From: Vicugna vicugna
Taxonomy: Eukaryota
Direction: 5' to 3'
DNA: 64,000 nucleotides
NCBI GenBank assembly: GCA_013265495.1
Contig: MU058463.1
Coordinates: forward strand, 2,627,523-2,691,522
Position numbers and translations under genes: made by a program. This document shows, piece by piece, positions 11,490 to 24,289 of this stretch. The notes beneath the pieces are model-generated. The model was not told where the DNA came from. It saw nothing but the letters and a program-made list of their open reading frames with translations, and did no database searches. How positions within the stretch are numbered: the first letter of the stretch is position 1; the number at the start of each line of letters is the position of its first letter.

Positions 11490-12830
11490 AATTTTTTTCT
11501 TTGAAAATGTCAGACTTGTAAAAAGTTTGCAAGAATAATACAAAGAATTATCATACACACAATTCTCTAAATATTAGCATGTACAAAATTTTTTCTGAAT
11601 AACTTAAGAGCAAATTGCAGAGATTAAGCCCCTTTACCTCTAAATACTTCAGCTGGTGTTTCCTAAAAATAAGTCATCTCATGTAACCTCAGTACAATGA
11701 ACAAAGTCAAGAGTCTAACACAAACACCCCTATTCCCTAATCTGTACACCTTTATTCAGCTTTTGCCAATTGACTTAAAATCTTTTTTTTGAATTGTGAC
11801 TTCATTTGTGCCTTTTTTTTTTAATTTATTGAAGTATAGTCAGTTACAATGCAGACGTAGTGAACAATTTTACAGTTACCAGGGGAAAGAGGGTGGGAAG
11901 GCATAAATTTGGGAGTTTGAGATTTGCAAAGGTTAACCACTATATATAAATTTAGATTTAAAAAAACAAATTTCTTGTGTATAGCACAAGGGACTATATT
12001 CAATACCTTGCAATAACCTTTAATAAAAAAAGAATATGAAAATATATGCTGTGCACCAGAAACTGACTTAACATTTTTTATAAGAAAGAAGATCCAGAGT
12101 CATGTGCTTCATTCAAATCATCCTGTCTCTAGCCTTCTTTAATCTGGAACAGCATTTGAGTCTTTTTTTTTTTTATGACACTGACTTTTTTTTAAAGAGT
12201 ATAAGCCAATTATCTTATAGAATGTCCTTCATTTTTGGTTGAGCTAATGTTTCACATAAACTTAGACTCAGGTTTTATGCTTTGGGCAGGAATATTACAG
12301 AAGTGATGCTAAATTCTTGTCAGCTCTTCACATCAGGAAGCGCAGGCTTCATTTGTGCATTTGCTGGTGATGTTAACTTTGATCACTTGGTTAAGGGGAG
12401 ATTTACCATATTTCTCCACTTTCAAGCTCCTGTTTTACCCTCTTTAATGAATAACTATTCTGTAGAGAGATACTATGAGATTATATAAATATTCCTGAAA
12501 CTTTCTCCCACTACTTTTAGTGTCCATTAGTGATACTTCCCTGAATCGATTATTGTGGTGATGGTTGCCAAATGGAGATTTTCTAATTTCATGCTTTTTT
12601 CCACCTTTATTAGTTGCCTTTTTTACTGTAAGGAAAAGCTTTTCCTCCTCACCCATTTGCTTATATATTCATATTAACATGAACTCAGTGTATTCACATT
12701 AGCGTGAATCCATGGAGTTTTACCTTATTCAACAGTTCGCAAACTTTTGCTCTATTTATTTTGATTCCCAGATGGTCCTGGATTTGGCTGGTGAGAACTC
12801 CCCTCAGATTGGCTCCTGAGTGTCACTGGT
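11490..12830 (-). mobile_element. Ancient L1 (L1MC/L1ME-like) 3' region, interrupted at ~11783-12063
   Basis: 'cccctttacctctaaatacttcag...tttcctaaaaa', 'ggtgatgttaactttgatcacttggttaagg', 'gatggttgccaaatgg' resemble L1MC 3' UTR antisense. Confidence 0.75.
11783..12063 (-). mobile_element. Young LINE-1 3' fragment with 5' inversion
   Basis: Antisense terminus (poly(T)+'tttattgaagtatagtcagttacaatg', 11813-11851) joined to a sense-oriented 3' UTR segment (11852-12063). Confidence 0.85.
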
Positions 12831-15800
12831 TTTTAATGCTTTCAAGGGGCTCTGTTTGCCTCATATATTTAATCTCGTACTTTGATCTCACTGTTTTTTT
12901 TGCTGAATTACTCATTAAACACTTATCTTTGCAGGTTTCATTCTTCGTAATCAAACTTTACATAGAACAAATCCCAATGCCAGTTCATGACCATGATTTA
13001 GCACAATAGCAGCAGCTAATTTAGCTTTTTTAAGTAAACCTGCATTTTCTTTTTTTTTTTTCTAGCTACTCCTTTCTTCATCATTTTATTTGTAGATTCA
13101 GAACTGGTTCAATTGGCCAAAATAAATGAGTAAATAAAAGAATGTGAGTTCTGTCAACATAGGCAAAGTGAAATTGAAAGTTGAAGAAACCATTTGGATC
13201 ATTAGAGTAAAACTCCACTTCTTCCTGTCAATAAAAGTGCTATTAGCTTTCTGCTTTGCTCTTGGGACTGAGAGTGTATGTGGAGGTGCAGGGCGGGGAG
13301 CAGCAGATGGAAGAGGGGCGGGTGGGAGGTGGTGTGGCATAAGGCTGCCTGCCCGCCCAAGAAATCTTAGCAGTCTGCAGTGATAACATGTAAAGAACAA
13401 TTACTCCATGAGGCTTACTCCGCCTATAAAAATACATTGCCTCTACAGAAGCATTTACAAATAATAAAGGATTTCAAGGTTTCTAGGGCTAATTTTGATT
13501 GACAGACAAGCCCCTAAGGAACAGCAACACACATGGAAGAAATAACCCCTTTCTTTCACGACTACCTTTTCAAACAGAGCTTCATGTGCAAACTATAGGA
13601 GAGACATGCGTAACAATGTGTGGTCAGAGGCCCGCCCGAGTCCTCCAGCTAGGGCGCCCTGGTGAGGGGGCAAATGTCTGTCTTTGCTGAACTCACCACT
13701 GCAGCCAAGACTGCCAAGGCCACGAGGGCACAACTGATCCAACAGAATCAACACAGGGATTTTGGCAGAATGCAGTTCCGCACATCACCATCCCTCCAAT
13801 CACGGCTGTGTCTTAACAGCTGTCCTGAAGTTCGCTGACACCTTGATGTGTGGTTTTGCAGCTTTGCAGGCACGACCTCAGATCCCCCATCCGCTTTCCC
13901 TGACTGGGAGGGGCCTTGCTTGGTTAGTTGGAGCAGCTCTGTTTTTGCGACTCTGAGTTCAGAAAGTGGCAACCAGGGCAAAGAGGGACAACCGAGTCCT
14001 GCTTTCACAACTGCGGTGCCGCCTGTGCTGGCGCCGGCCTATCATACACCGTTACAGTTGATCAAGCTTAAAAAGCGAACTCGGATTTTCAAGCAGAGCG
14101 GTCACTGGAGTACATTTATGGATCGTGTTCTCATTCCAATATCGTCCCCAGGGGAGAGAGTGCACAGCACAAGTAACGGATCTCCTGTTTCCCTTCAATG
14201 TAAGTTTTGCATGAAACAGAAATGCTTTCGCCTGTAAGCAATAGGAGTGCCTGTCATACCCATGGCAACCAGAAGGTGGCACAGTCTTAACATTGACCAA
14301 GGTTGTCAGCTCCGCCATTGACTCCAAGCAGATTTATTTGTGAAGGTAATGCTTCTTGTGCCCTGGACGTTCATTTCTGCGTTTGCATTTGTCCATACTC
14401 CATATCTACACACATCCACAAACCCCTTCCTGTGCCTGGAAACAGAACTCTTTGTTTCCATTTTCTTTCTGTCCTCCTCTTCTTTTTAAATTAAGATTGT
14501 TTTGCTTTATGCTTTAGAGGACTTGGATATTGCTCTGTGCTTCTCTTCCTGCTGGAAGAATTTAGTTAGTGAACTCTAAATGGAGTCTCATGCTTTGAAT
14601 CTTGGCTTTTTCTTGTTTGTAACACTAATTTCCATCATATGAAAAGGATCTAAGTTTTATATTCATTCATTAAAAGAATTTAGTTCAAACAGTAATTAAT
14701 TCTTTGATCAAAATTAGCAAAATGAATTACTCACATGGAGTGAGGTGCATGTGTATAATTTAAAAAGACATTCTAAATTTCAGATGTCTGAAACATTACA
14801 TTTACATCTCAGATTCCATTTTCAAGAAGGGAAATGGCCGTGAAATTGACTAGTATTTTTCTTTCAAAGAGAAAAGAGACATGCCTTTGTATTCTATGGT
14901 TTCATTAAAATGCATCAGAGGACTTAATAGTAAAAACGAACAATATTTAAACAAGCCAGCAGTATTTCCTAGCACTTGTGAATGTGGGCAGGTGAGCACC
15001 GTTTCAAAACTCTAAGAAGTACCCTTGGAGAGTCACCTTCATTTGTGAATAAAACAAATGCACATTTCCTCGATGTGCATCGCCATATTTGTTACTTCTT
15101 TCTTAGGTATTTAAGTGGGAGGTCCAGATTGTAAGTAGCCTCCTGTTTTCCAATATTCTTCTGTACGGCTCTCATTACTTATTACCACCCCTACCCCCAC
15201 CCTGGTGCTTCTTCTCATGGCCTCCCCACAGACAGGAATCTCTGTCTCAGCTCTTCCTTTAACTCGGCCTCCGAGGCATGTGCTCCTTCTGCCCCCACCA
15301 TCTGGCAGCCTCCCTGTGCCTGCACCATCTCCTCCCCTCTTCTTCCCATGTGCCGGTCAGAACACGAACTGGGACGTGTGGTTCTCTGACTGGGAAGCTT
15401 CCTCAGCCCTTACATGATAGACAGCAACTAAAATTAATTGAGCTGAACTGCCATTAGGTCTGGTAGAGTCCCAGTGGCAAGATAGAAAAATAGGAAAAAA
15501 ATTGTCTATTTTTATATTATATTTTACTACATATTTATATATTTGTATATATGCAATAACAGCATAAATCCTGAAGCAATGTCTCATTCTTGTGGGCATC
15601 TCATCCAACCAAGCCCTCCCTCAAAAAAACCAAAAATTGCCAATAAACCAAATCCTTGCTATTTCTCTCCTCAGAGGACAGAGAAAACAAACATCAATGA
15701 AGCCTAGTGGGTGAAATCTATAACTACAGCAGCGTTTTCATTGTTGGATATTTTTAAGAAGCCATTTTATACGTATAAACAGGTCATACCTCAGGGAACC

Positions 15801-16779
15801 CCAAAGTTTTGTCGTATACGTCCTGATCTCAACCCGCCACACATCAGAATCAATAAAGGCATTTTCTATCTCCCCCAGGTCCCTCTCTACTCAGGCCATA
15901 AAGAGAAATGGAAGCTTGACCTCATCCTGGCTCCCTGACATCTTGACTCTCCCCTCCAGGCCCTGGAATATCCCAGCACACGCCCGCTCTGGCAGAGACC
16001 AGATACCCGCCGGCTCAGCGGAAGCCATGTGGCCAAGAGCCTGCAGGTAACCCTGGGGTGCAGTGGGGCTTCAGGTACCCCCAGGCTGACACCTGCTCTT
16101 CATCTCAAAGGTCAGAACTGGACCCTAAGAAACCCCCTGGGGATGGAAGTCCCACTGACGGAGGACGAGAATAGTCACTGCAGCCTGGGTGAGTCTCAGA
16201 AATTTGTTAATCGAGCTGAATTGTCATCCTGTCATGTGATTCATGAATCACAGCCCTTTTCTGCCTTCAGAGAAGAGGCGAAGACTATTTACTTCCATAA
16301 GAGGCCAAGTGGAGACCTCTCCTCACTCTTCTCTGGCATAGCCTGAGGCTCTTCAGGGCTCAGAAGGTTTTTCTCCTCCCCAACTGCGTAACCCCAACAG
16401 GTGTGAACCCTCTACTACATGAAGGATCAAGTTTCAGGATTCTCTTCCTGGTATACATTAGGTGCTCAATAACTTTAAAATGAACAAATAAATACTCAGG
16501 GTTTTGAAGTTAAACCTGGAGGTGGAATTTCATCCCGAAACTTCCCTTCTGCTCCCTCTCGTCTCTTCCCACATCTTACAGACCCTGGCTTTCTGTTTAC
16601 CTCCAGTGTCTACATCAAAAGCCACTTGTGTCCTGTTTCGGGGTTTCGGGGTTTGGGGTGGGAAATTGGACCCCAGCTCACACAAAGGTCAATTTGAGAT
16701 TAGAAAAACCCTCAATGTGCCAATAGAAAACCAAAGATTGTTAAAAGTTGAAATTAATACAAAGGGGAATAAGTAAATG

Positions 16780-17530
16780 AAAAATGAAAAAAGTCTCAAT
16801 AATCAAATAATATAAATTAAAATAATTTTTCAACTATCTAGTTATTCAAGATTTTAAACTCCCATAATGCAGGTAAGATAGCCATGTGTACTGATAACAA
16901 GCAATCAAAGATGTAACAGGAATGGATTTTCTAAATGCAGCTTGGTGATACATGCCATCAGATTTTTTTTTTTAACATTCTTAAGTTTTGAGCAAGTAAT
17001 ATTACTTTGAGCAGTAATGTCTGCTCCAAGGAAAAAGTTAAATTTTAAGGGAAAGATTTTCTTGTAAAGTGAAAAATAAACTGGATATAATTTCAGTGTA
17101 CATGGAAAAGGCTAGACATTTTTTACACATCCACAGGTGGAATATTATACTTCCACTAAAAATCTTCTCAAACAATTTCAGGAAATGACCATAAGATAAA
17201 GTTAAGTGAGTAGAGCAAGGCTTGAAGTTATGAGTGCAACATGAGTCCATTTAGGAAACAGAGTCATAGGGGAAAGATGGAAGATTGGATAACTTTGATT
17301 TTCTTATACTTTTCTTTATTTTCTGAAAAAGTCTATAAAAACTTATGTTACCATCATAATCAAAAAGGCATTCATTTTATATGTGCACTAACTTTTTGTA
17401 CTACTAACAACTCTAAGATATGAAATATGTGTAAAGATAAAAAATAAGGATGAAAAAGATGAAAATATTGAATAATCAAGAAATTTCTAGAGATCTTTAG
17501 CATGAAGACAGAAATATGTTTAATTATGAA
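16780..17530 (+). mobile_element. Ancient L1ME-like 3' fragment
   Basis: A-rich degenerate L1 3' UTR-like sequence; subfamily not resolvable by eye. Confidence 0.5.
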
Positions 17531-18069
17531 GTGTAGGAGGGAGGAGAGAAGAGCTAGGAAGGGAAGAAAAAAGGTGACGAGGCAGATTAAGACACTAAAT
17601 GCTTCCACGTGAGTAATGCTCCTGGGCCACACCCCCTAACTCATGGAGCCCCCTGGGCTTCAGAAGGCATCTAGAGTAAAAAGTCACCAGGTTACCACCG
17701 TGCTTTCTCGTAAATCTTCACACCTTCAAATCGGAAGCTGAACTCAGACTGGATTTTTCTGGAGCAGCAGAATGGAGAGGATGCTGTGGTTTGAAGCAGC
17801 CATCACCAAAGCAATACCACCCTGAGGGCGAGAGGCAGCGAGTCCAGGGCTTCCTGGGCCAGAGGTCCCCACCTGTGTCAGCATCAATTCCTCATCTCTA
17901 GGCTGACAATCAGAAGATGGCTCTGTCCGGAAACCACAGACCTGAAACCTGTCCCTGTGGAGTCCATCGCTCAGGTGCCATCCTGATGGCTCATGGCTGC
18001 TTCTGCTGGTCCTGACACTCTGCGATCAGCAGGAGAGCCGAGCCACGGAGGGCAGCTGCTGCTCAGCTG

Positions 18070-18310
18070 GAGCAGTTGCTTCTGCATTGACCTGTGCGCT
18101 CACTGTCTTCCAATCTCCTAATTGTTTGTCGTTTTCTAAAAAGGTAGAGCTAGAAATCTGGATTCTTTAAATAACAAAGCTCTCTATTCTTAAAATGGGC
18201 AACTAATTCAAAATATTTAAGACCTGTGTTGGGCAACTCTTTGTGGACCAAACGGAACATGCCTGCTGGTCTCCTCCAGCCCAAGGGCTGCAATTGGAGA
18301 CTTCCGTTCT
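18070..18310. mobile_element. hAT-Charlie DNA transposon fragment (MER102-like)
   Basis: 'gctagaaatctggattctt...ggcaactaattcaaaatattt...ccagcccaagggctgcaattggagacttc' resembles MER102 end. Confidence 0.5.
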
Positions 18311-19549
18311 ACAGCGTCAGGTGGGACTAAATGGCCTCTGTCCTAAAGATAACTTGCCAGTCTCAGAGGGAGCAGAGGTGTAAAGGTGAATAAAACAAAT
18401 TCTCTGCCTTGTGGAAGCTTTGCTCTGCTTCCCCTTTAAGAAGGGAAGTCAGAACACAACAGTGTGGTGCTACTACAGAGAAGGGAACCAAGTGCTACTT
18501 GATGCCCGGAGGTGGTCTTGTCCGAGGGGAATTAAGGGAGGCTCAGTGGCGGAGGTGGCTCTAGATCTGGGTGTATTCTGTTCCCGCACAGAAGGGACCA
18601 CAGAAGGAGAGTGGTTTACTCCCTGAGGGCAAGAGGTCAAATCGCAAAGTCAAGCCTTTTCGGATGAATGACAGATTTCTTAGAAGAGGAAAACAGTTCC
18701 ATCCTGTACAGAGGAAAGCAGAAAATAAAGAAACAGTGGACAAAAGAAGTGGACAATGTTTAGGGGACAGAAAGTAATCATGAAAGAGCATGAAAAGAAA
18801 AGTGCAAAAGGATAAGAAGCTACAGGAAGCAGAACAGCTATGCGAGAGGAAATTCAGTAATGAGAGCAGTGAGCCCATCATGACTTAGCAATGCCTGAAG
18901 ACTCCAGGATTATCTGGTTCCTTGCAGAGGAAGGGTGGGCAACATGGTAAAAGAAGGATCCACTACTTCTAGCACAGAGGAACTGGTGATCGAAATATTC
19001 ATACTGATAGAGCTTTCTCCTAGGATGTTGGCTATAATTAATGGCGTACTGCAAACTCTAAATGCTTAATAAGTTGCTTATAATGTTATTCTATTTCCCA
19101 TGTTGAGCCATTTTGGGGACAAACTTTTCACTTAATGTCCTAATTAAGGAATCCCAATCAGATAGTCGTGGCATTAATCCTTCGTTGCTCTAGCCGTGCT
19201 CCAAAAGGCGTATTATCCTTGCCTGGATCACCCTGCGTATTGCACACTCAGTAGAGAGAAAAGAAGACATATATGACTAGATGCGGTGACTCTGTTCTTA
19301 CATACAATTAGCTCATAATTATCCTTCAAAGCAAATACGATTACCCTTTTCATTCCACACATAATTCTTAGGTTGAATATTGCCAAGTTGGGACTTGAGT
19401 TCCATTTCAAGGCTTCCCTTGATGCTAATTTTAACCTGAATTCATCTGGATAAAAACATCTACGAGACAAGAAAAGGACAGGCAGCATGATTTTCCCTGA
19501 ACACCAACTCCTCTGGAAGAGAAAAATGCTCATACCCGGGACATCACAC

Positions 19550-19870
19550 TGGTCAGGATTGGCTAAGTTATGTTGCAGTAACAAATAATCCTAAAACCTC
19601 AGTGGCTTCATATAACAAAGGTTTATTTCTTGCTCACATTCCATGTGACAAAGGCTCCATTCACATGTATTTCCCTGATCACTGCAGCAAGAGGGAGGGG
19701 ATGTGGTGAATTCTGAGCTGTCTCTTAGACCTTCTGTCCAGAGATCATCTAGTCACTTCTATTTCATTGGCTAAAGCAAGTCATTCTGACTTAACTTCCA
19801 AATGGATAGGGAAGTACAATCCTACTATATATCTAGGAGAGATGTACTGGGATATTTATGAAGAGCTTTA
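19550..19870. mobile_element. Old MaLR LTR (MLT1J/K/L-like)
   Basis: 'ttatgttgcagtaacaaataatcctaaaacctcagtggctt...aaaggtttatttcttgctcaca', 'ttcattggctaaagcaagtca'. Confidence 0.75.
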
Positions 19871-19989
19871 ATGGCAGTCATAGTCATAATCCCTGGTGAG
19901 AGAAGTTTCCTCCTTAGATCACTACAAAAGCATTAGCTGATAGCAACCAGGAAATGACTGGGTCATTTGATCCATGCCCCGGGTCGTCA

Positions 19990-21790
19990 CTCAAAAATGA
20001 AAAGATTATCCTTCTTCTCAAGATGTTTGCAAGCCAGTGGCAGGGAGAGAGATAATGATATGCATAAGTAATTACCATATTGTGTATGACTGCTGGGATG
20101 GACGGAAGGAAGCACATGGGCTCATGGGAAGGGGCAGGATTTAAAGGCTGGGTAGAGGATGTGAATGAGAGCACCTGTAGATCAATGCATCACCGAGCAT
20201 GAAAGAGAGACAAATCGTGGATGACTCCCAGATTTCTGACTTGGTTAACCATGTACAGATTACTACATTAATCAAGAAAAGGAGCACAGGGTTAAGAACA
20301 ATTTGGGGCAATAGTAAGGAGAATATATGAATTCTGTGTGACCCAAGTTGTCTGTGAGTACTGAGATTTAAGCAGACAGGCCCAGCAAATGATTAAACTC
20401 AGAGCTCTGGGCCAGAGAGAGTGGTCTGCATTTAGTTGAGCAACTACTTATAGAGTCACTACCCTATGATGTACTTTGCTAGGTGTTATGGGTACAGAGA
20501 TCAATAAAATGTAATCCCTGCCACTGAGGAGTTACATCTAGTGTGAACAAAAGACACATGAACAGATAATTGCCCTGTAAGATGGTTCCTGTTGTAAGAG
20601 ATGTGTAGGGTGCTCTGAGAGACTGCCAGAGAGGCCTTTAATCAAGTAGGAAAGATGAGGGTGTTCATTATTCAAGGACGTCTTCTTGGAGATGATGCTC
20701 AAACTGAGTGCAGAGAGTTGGATAGAAGCATGCTGGGCAGAGTGAAGCCTGGAAGCAGACAGTTTCTGTGGTTAGAATTTCTGGATTCAGATCCTGGGTC
20801 TACTCATTTCTTGCTCAAGTCACTTAAACCTCTCTGTTCCTTGGTTTTCTATCTCTAAGAGGAAGATAATGATAGTTCTACAATACCTGTATTAAAGTAG
20901 TTCTGAGGATTAAATGCAATAATGGTCCATAACAAGAGGAAGGTATAGCCCCAGACATATAGTAAGTGCTCAATCAACATTATTACTATGATTATTATTT
21001 GCAGAGACGGGACGGCAGAAGGATATTACAGAGAACAGATATGACGAAACAGGTGTTTATGAGATCATAACAGCTGGGTTGTTTTGATAACGCTAAGCAG
21101 TTTATTGCTGGAGTTTAAAGTGTGAGGAGGGGTCGGGGGCATGGGGAAGCGGTGGCAAGAAAGGAACATGGAGAGGCTGCCGGAGGGGGGATCACAAGGC
21201 CTTGGGAATTACTACACAGAAAGTCACAGCTCTTTATGGGTTTTAAGAAAAGGAGAGATGATGATATTTCTGCAGTTAAGAACTTTCCCCAGCAGCTGCT
21301 TGGAACAGTAGGGAGAAAGAAAAGAAGCTGAAACACTCAAGGGGCATATTGTAATTTTGTAGGTCAGAAATGAATTAAGCCTGAATTAAGCAATAACTGT
21401 GGGACTCAAGCAGAGAGAATGGACTCAAGAAATAGCTAGGAAGTGAAACCAGCAAACTCTGTGATTAGATATGGCCGGGATGAAAGAGAGGGATGACTCT
21501 CTCAGGTTTCCTCCTTGGGTACCAGGAAGATGTTGGCGCCACCAGCTGTGCTAGAACGCAGGAGACAAGTCGGGCTTGGGCAGGGGGTGCTGTAACTGTC
21601 AGGCTTGTAAGTGAAACCACGCAACTGGAGCTTGAGAGAAGTTTAGAGCTATAGATAAATAATTTGTGTTTCAGTGGCATGTAGCCTCTGAGCAAAATTA
21701 GGAGAGTGGTGATCTCCAGAAGTATGTGTCAACTGGCAAGGCCAGTGGGCTGAAGGTAAAACTCTGGTGAGCCCTAGAAATTAGAAGATT
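19990..21790 (-). mobile_element. LINE-2 fragments with an inserted MIR (~20770-21000)
   Basis: Antisense L2 motifs ('gatgactcccagatttctgacttgg', 'tgctaggtgttatgggtacagagatcaataaaa'); MIR 'aagtcacttaaacctctctgttccttggttttctatctctaag'. Confidence 0.7.
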
Positions 21791-22790
21791 CTAGATCCTG
21801 TTTAAATCCTTGGGAGAATGTTGTTTTTTGTTTGTTTGTGCCTTTTAGAAGGCATTCAACTCAGTACTTTTTAGACTGCAATTTCTGTCTCACCTTCTGG
21901 GGGAAGAAGGTTCCAATGTCAGCTCAATTGTCAAGACTTTGATATCGTGCTTTGGGTCTGCTGTGAGCATGTGCTGCTCAGGGCTAAGTCTGAGACCTGG
22001 ATGATAGTTTAAAGTTCAGTTCTCAAAGCTTTTGCTCTGCTCTTTTGGGTCTGTCTCAACTACAGCTCACGAGTAAGCCTGGAAGTTATGCTCATTCATT
22101 CATTCATAGATTTAGGGGACCCTCTTCTCCAAATCTCTCATCTCCAGGATTTCTCTCACATTCTCTCGTTGGAAGGGATCCCTTTCTCTGGCCCTCTGAC
22201 CAAAAAGAGTTATGCTGGAGTTTTAGCTGTTCATGCTGCCACTGCATAATTCCTATGACTGTGACCACCCTAGGCAAACTAAGGAGAAAAAAAGAAAGAA
22301 AGAAAGTGGGACAACCCTCCATACTCCCCTGATGACAAGGCCCCTTTACCTAATTCCTCCAGCCAGAAGAACATAGTCCATTAGAGTTTAAGTTAATAGT
22401 GCCACCCTGCCAGGGGCTCCACTGGGAATCCATCCTTGCCAGGCCATGAGAGGAAAGACAGCTCACAGGGCCTATAGCCCAGTCTTCTGGCCAGAAAGAT
22501 AGGATTTCTCTCCAAGTGTTAAATGTCCAAGGTGCTTTCCTGTCCTGTCCAGTGGAGGACTAACCTTGGCTCAAGTCCACAAAAAAAAAAAAAGGGAAAA
22601 GAGAAACTCCCCTTTCCCCATGTGGGCCGTCTTTGTATATTTGACTCCCCTTACTAGTCTGGTTTTACTTATTTTTCAGAGGCTTCAGACAGTCCTTTCT
22701 GTACTTTAAACAGAGACCTTAATCACAGTCAGTCAGAGAGAGAGCGCAATCGTAGGCTTACAGCAGCTCTGCTGCACCGGAAGTTCCAAA
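21790..22790 (-). mobile_element. Ancient L1M 5' region inserted into L2
   Basis: Ends 'ctctgctgcaccggaagttc', resembling the antisense 5' terminus of old L1M elements; L2-like sequence resumes on both sides. Confidence 0.55.
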
Positions 22791-23600
22791 AAGTAGTAAA
22801 TTAAACACCAAGAGAAACTGAGTGAAATGAAAGCCTGAGAATTGTTTATTTGATCCAGCTCTTAGGAAATGATTGGAAGTTCACACAAATTCGGTAGAGT
22901 GGGGGCCCGAAACAAGACTGCAGTGGGGTGAGGAGAGAACAGGGAGTAGACCCAGGCTCTCAAGATTGACTATGAGGGGAGGTGAGAGCAGGAGCAATGA
23001 GGAGGGTGGTACAGACTGAGGTACATCATTAAAGAAGGGAGGATATGTCCAAAGAAAAAGTCAGCGGATAGATTTGGTGGTGGTAAGATGAGGTTGTTCT
23101 TTTTGAGTTTCTATCTCCTCCTGAGGCATAATATGTGAAGTTAGCAGCTGAGAATAAGCAGCGGGAGGAATTGTTGAGGGTTCAAGAGGAGAGATGTGCA
23201 ATAACTATCTTTGTGAGGAAGAATTCAACTTTCCAGTGGAAGATTGTAGGGTTGAGGGCAGTGAAGAAGGCCCCCTGTCTCTTGTAGCGCTAACTTGAAA
23301 ATCACATTCGTCCATTCTACCGACTGCACAACGTCTTGCCTTCTTGTTCTGCAGTGGCTTTCCCCTCTGATCCGCATCTGCAGTGCACTGCTGCGACCAC
23401 CTGTACCCGGTGGTCATCCTTGTGTGAGCTGTCGGAGAGGATGAGGTAGGCTTCCTGGGGGCACTCTGAGGATGAGAGGTGGTAGGGACTCAGATCAAGC
23501 CAGAGAGTGGTTACCTTCAAGGTTACTCAGACAATCATAGCATCAGAGCAGAGAGAACAAAGCAGTAAGTAATAAGATTTCCAGGCTAGAAGGAAATTAA
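22790..23600 (-). mobile_element. LINE-2 continuation
   Basis: 'gagaaactgagtgaaatgaaagcctgagaattgtttatttgatccagc...gactgcagtggggtgaggagagaa' L2 antisense pattern. Confidence 0.55.
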
Positions 23601-24087
23601 TCAGCCACCAAACTGAAGGTGCTTAAATGACGGCACAAGTGGATGAAAAGTTAAAAAGATTATAAAAAATCAGGTCAGGAGTTTAAAGTGAGGAGTGGAA
23701 CAGAACAAGTCAGGAGAGTACAAAGTCTAAACCAATGGAACACGATGGTGCTAATTAACACTGCTGGAAAAAGAAAACAAAATTGTGGGGGATCTCGTTG
23801 TCTTTCTTTAGTAAGGATGGACACTTACAGATAACAGCACCAGCAACTCGAAACTGCTGTGCCTCTAAAATCAAACTCTAACGTTCCGCTCTCCGGCTGT
23901 AATCCTTTACTGACGTCATATTTGCCATTCATCTTCATCAGTTATTTTAATCTCGCAGTTTAATCCCATATGTTCTCTCTCAATTGACCTGCCCATTCCA
24001 GCAGCTCTTGTTTTGTTCCCATCTGGAAACAATGGTCTTTCATTTCAACCTCTCTTCCTTGGCATCCACAAATCTCTTACTCCATTT

Positions 24088-24285
24088 CCTTTTTAAAAAA
24101 AGGTGAAGTATAGTCGATTTACAATGTTGTATTAGTTTCTAGTGTACAGCAGAGTAATTCAACTATATATACATACATACATACATATGTATATATATAT
24201 GTATATTCCTTTTCATATTCCTTTTCATTATAGGCTATTACAAGGTATTGAATATAGTTCCCTGTGCTATACAAGGAGGGCCTTT
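24088..24285 (-). mobile_element. Young LINE-1 3' UTR fragment
   Basis: 'gaagtatagtcgatttacaatgttgtattagtttctagtgtacagc...tgaatatagttccctgtgctataca'. Confidence 0.9.
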
Positions 24286-24289
24286 TCAA

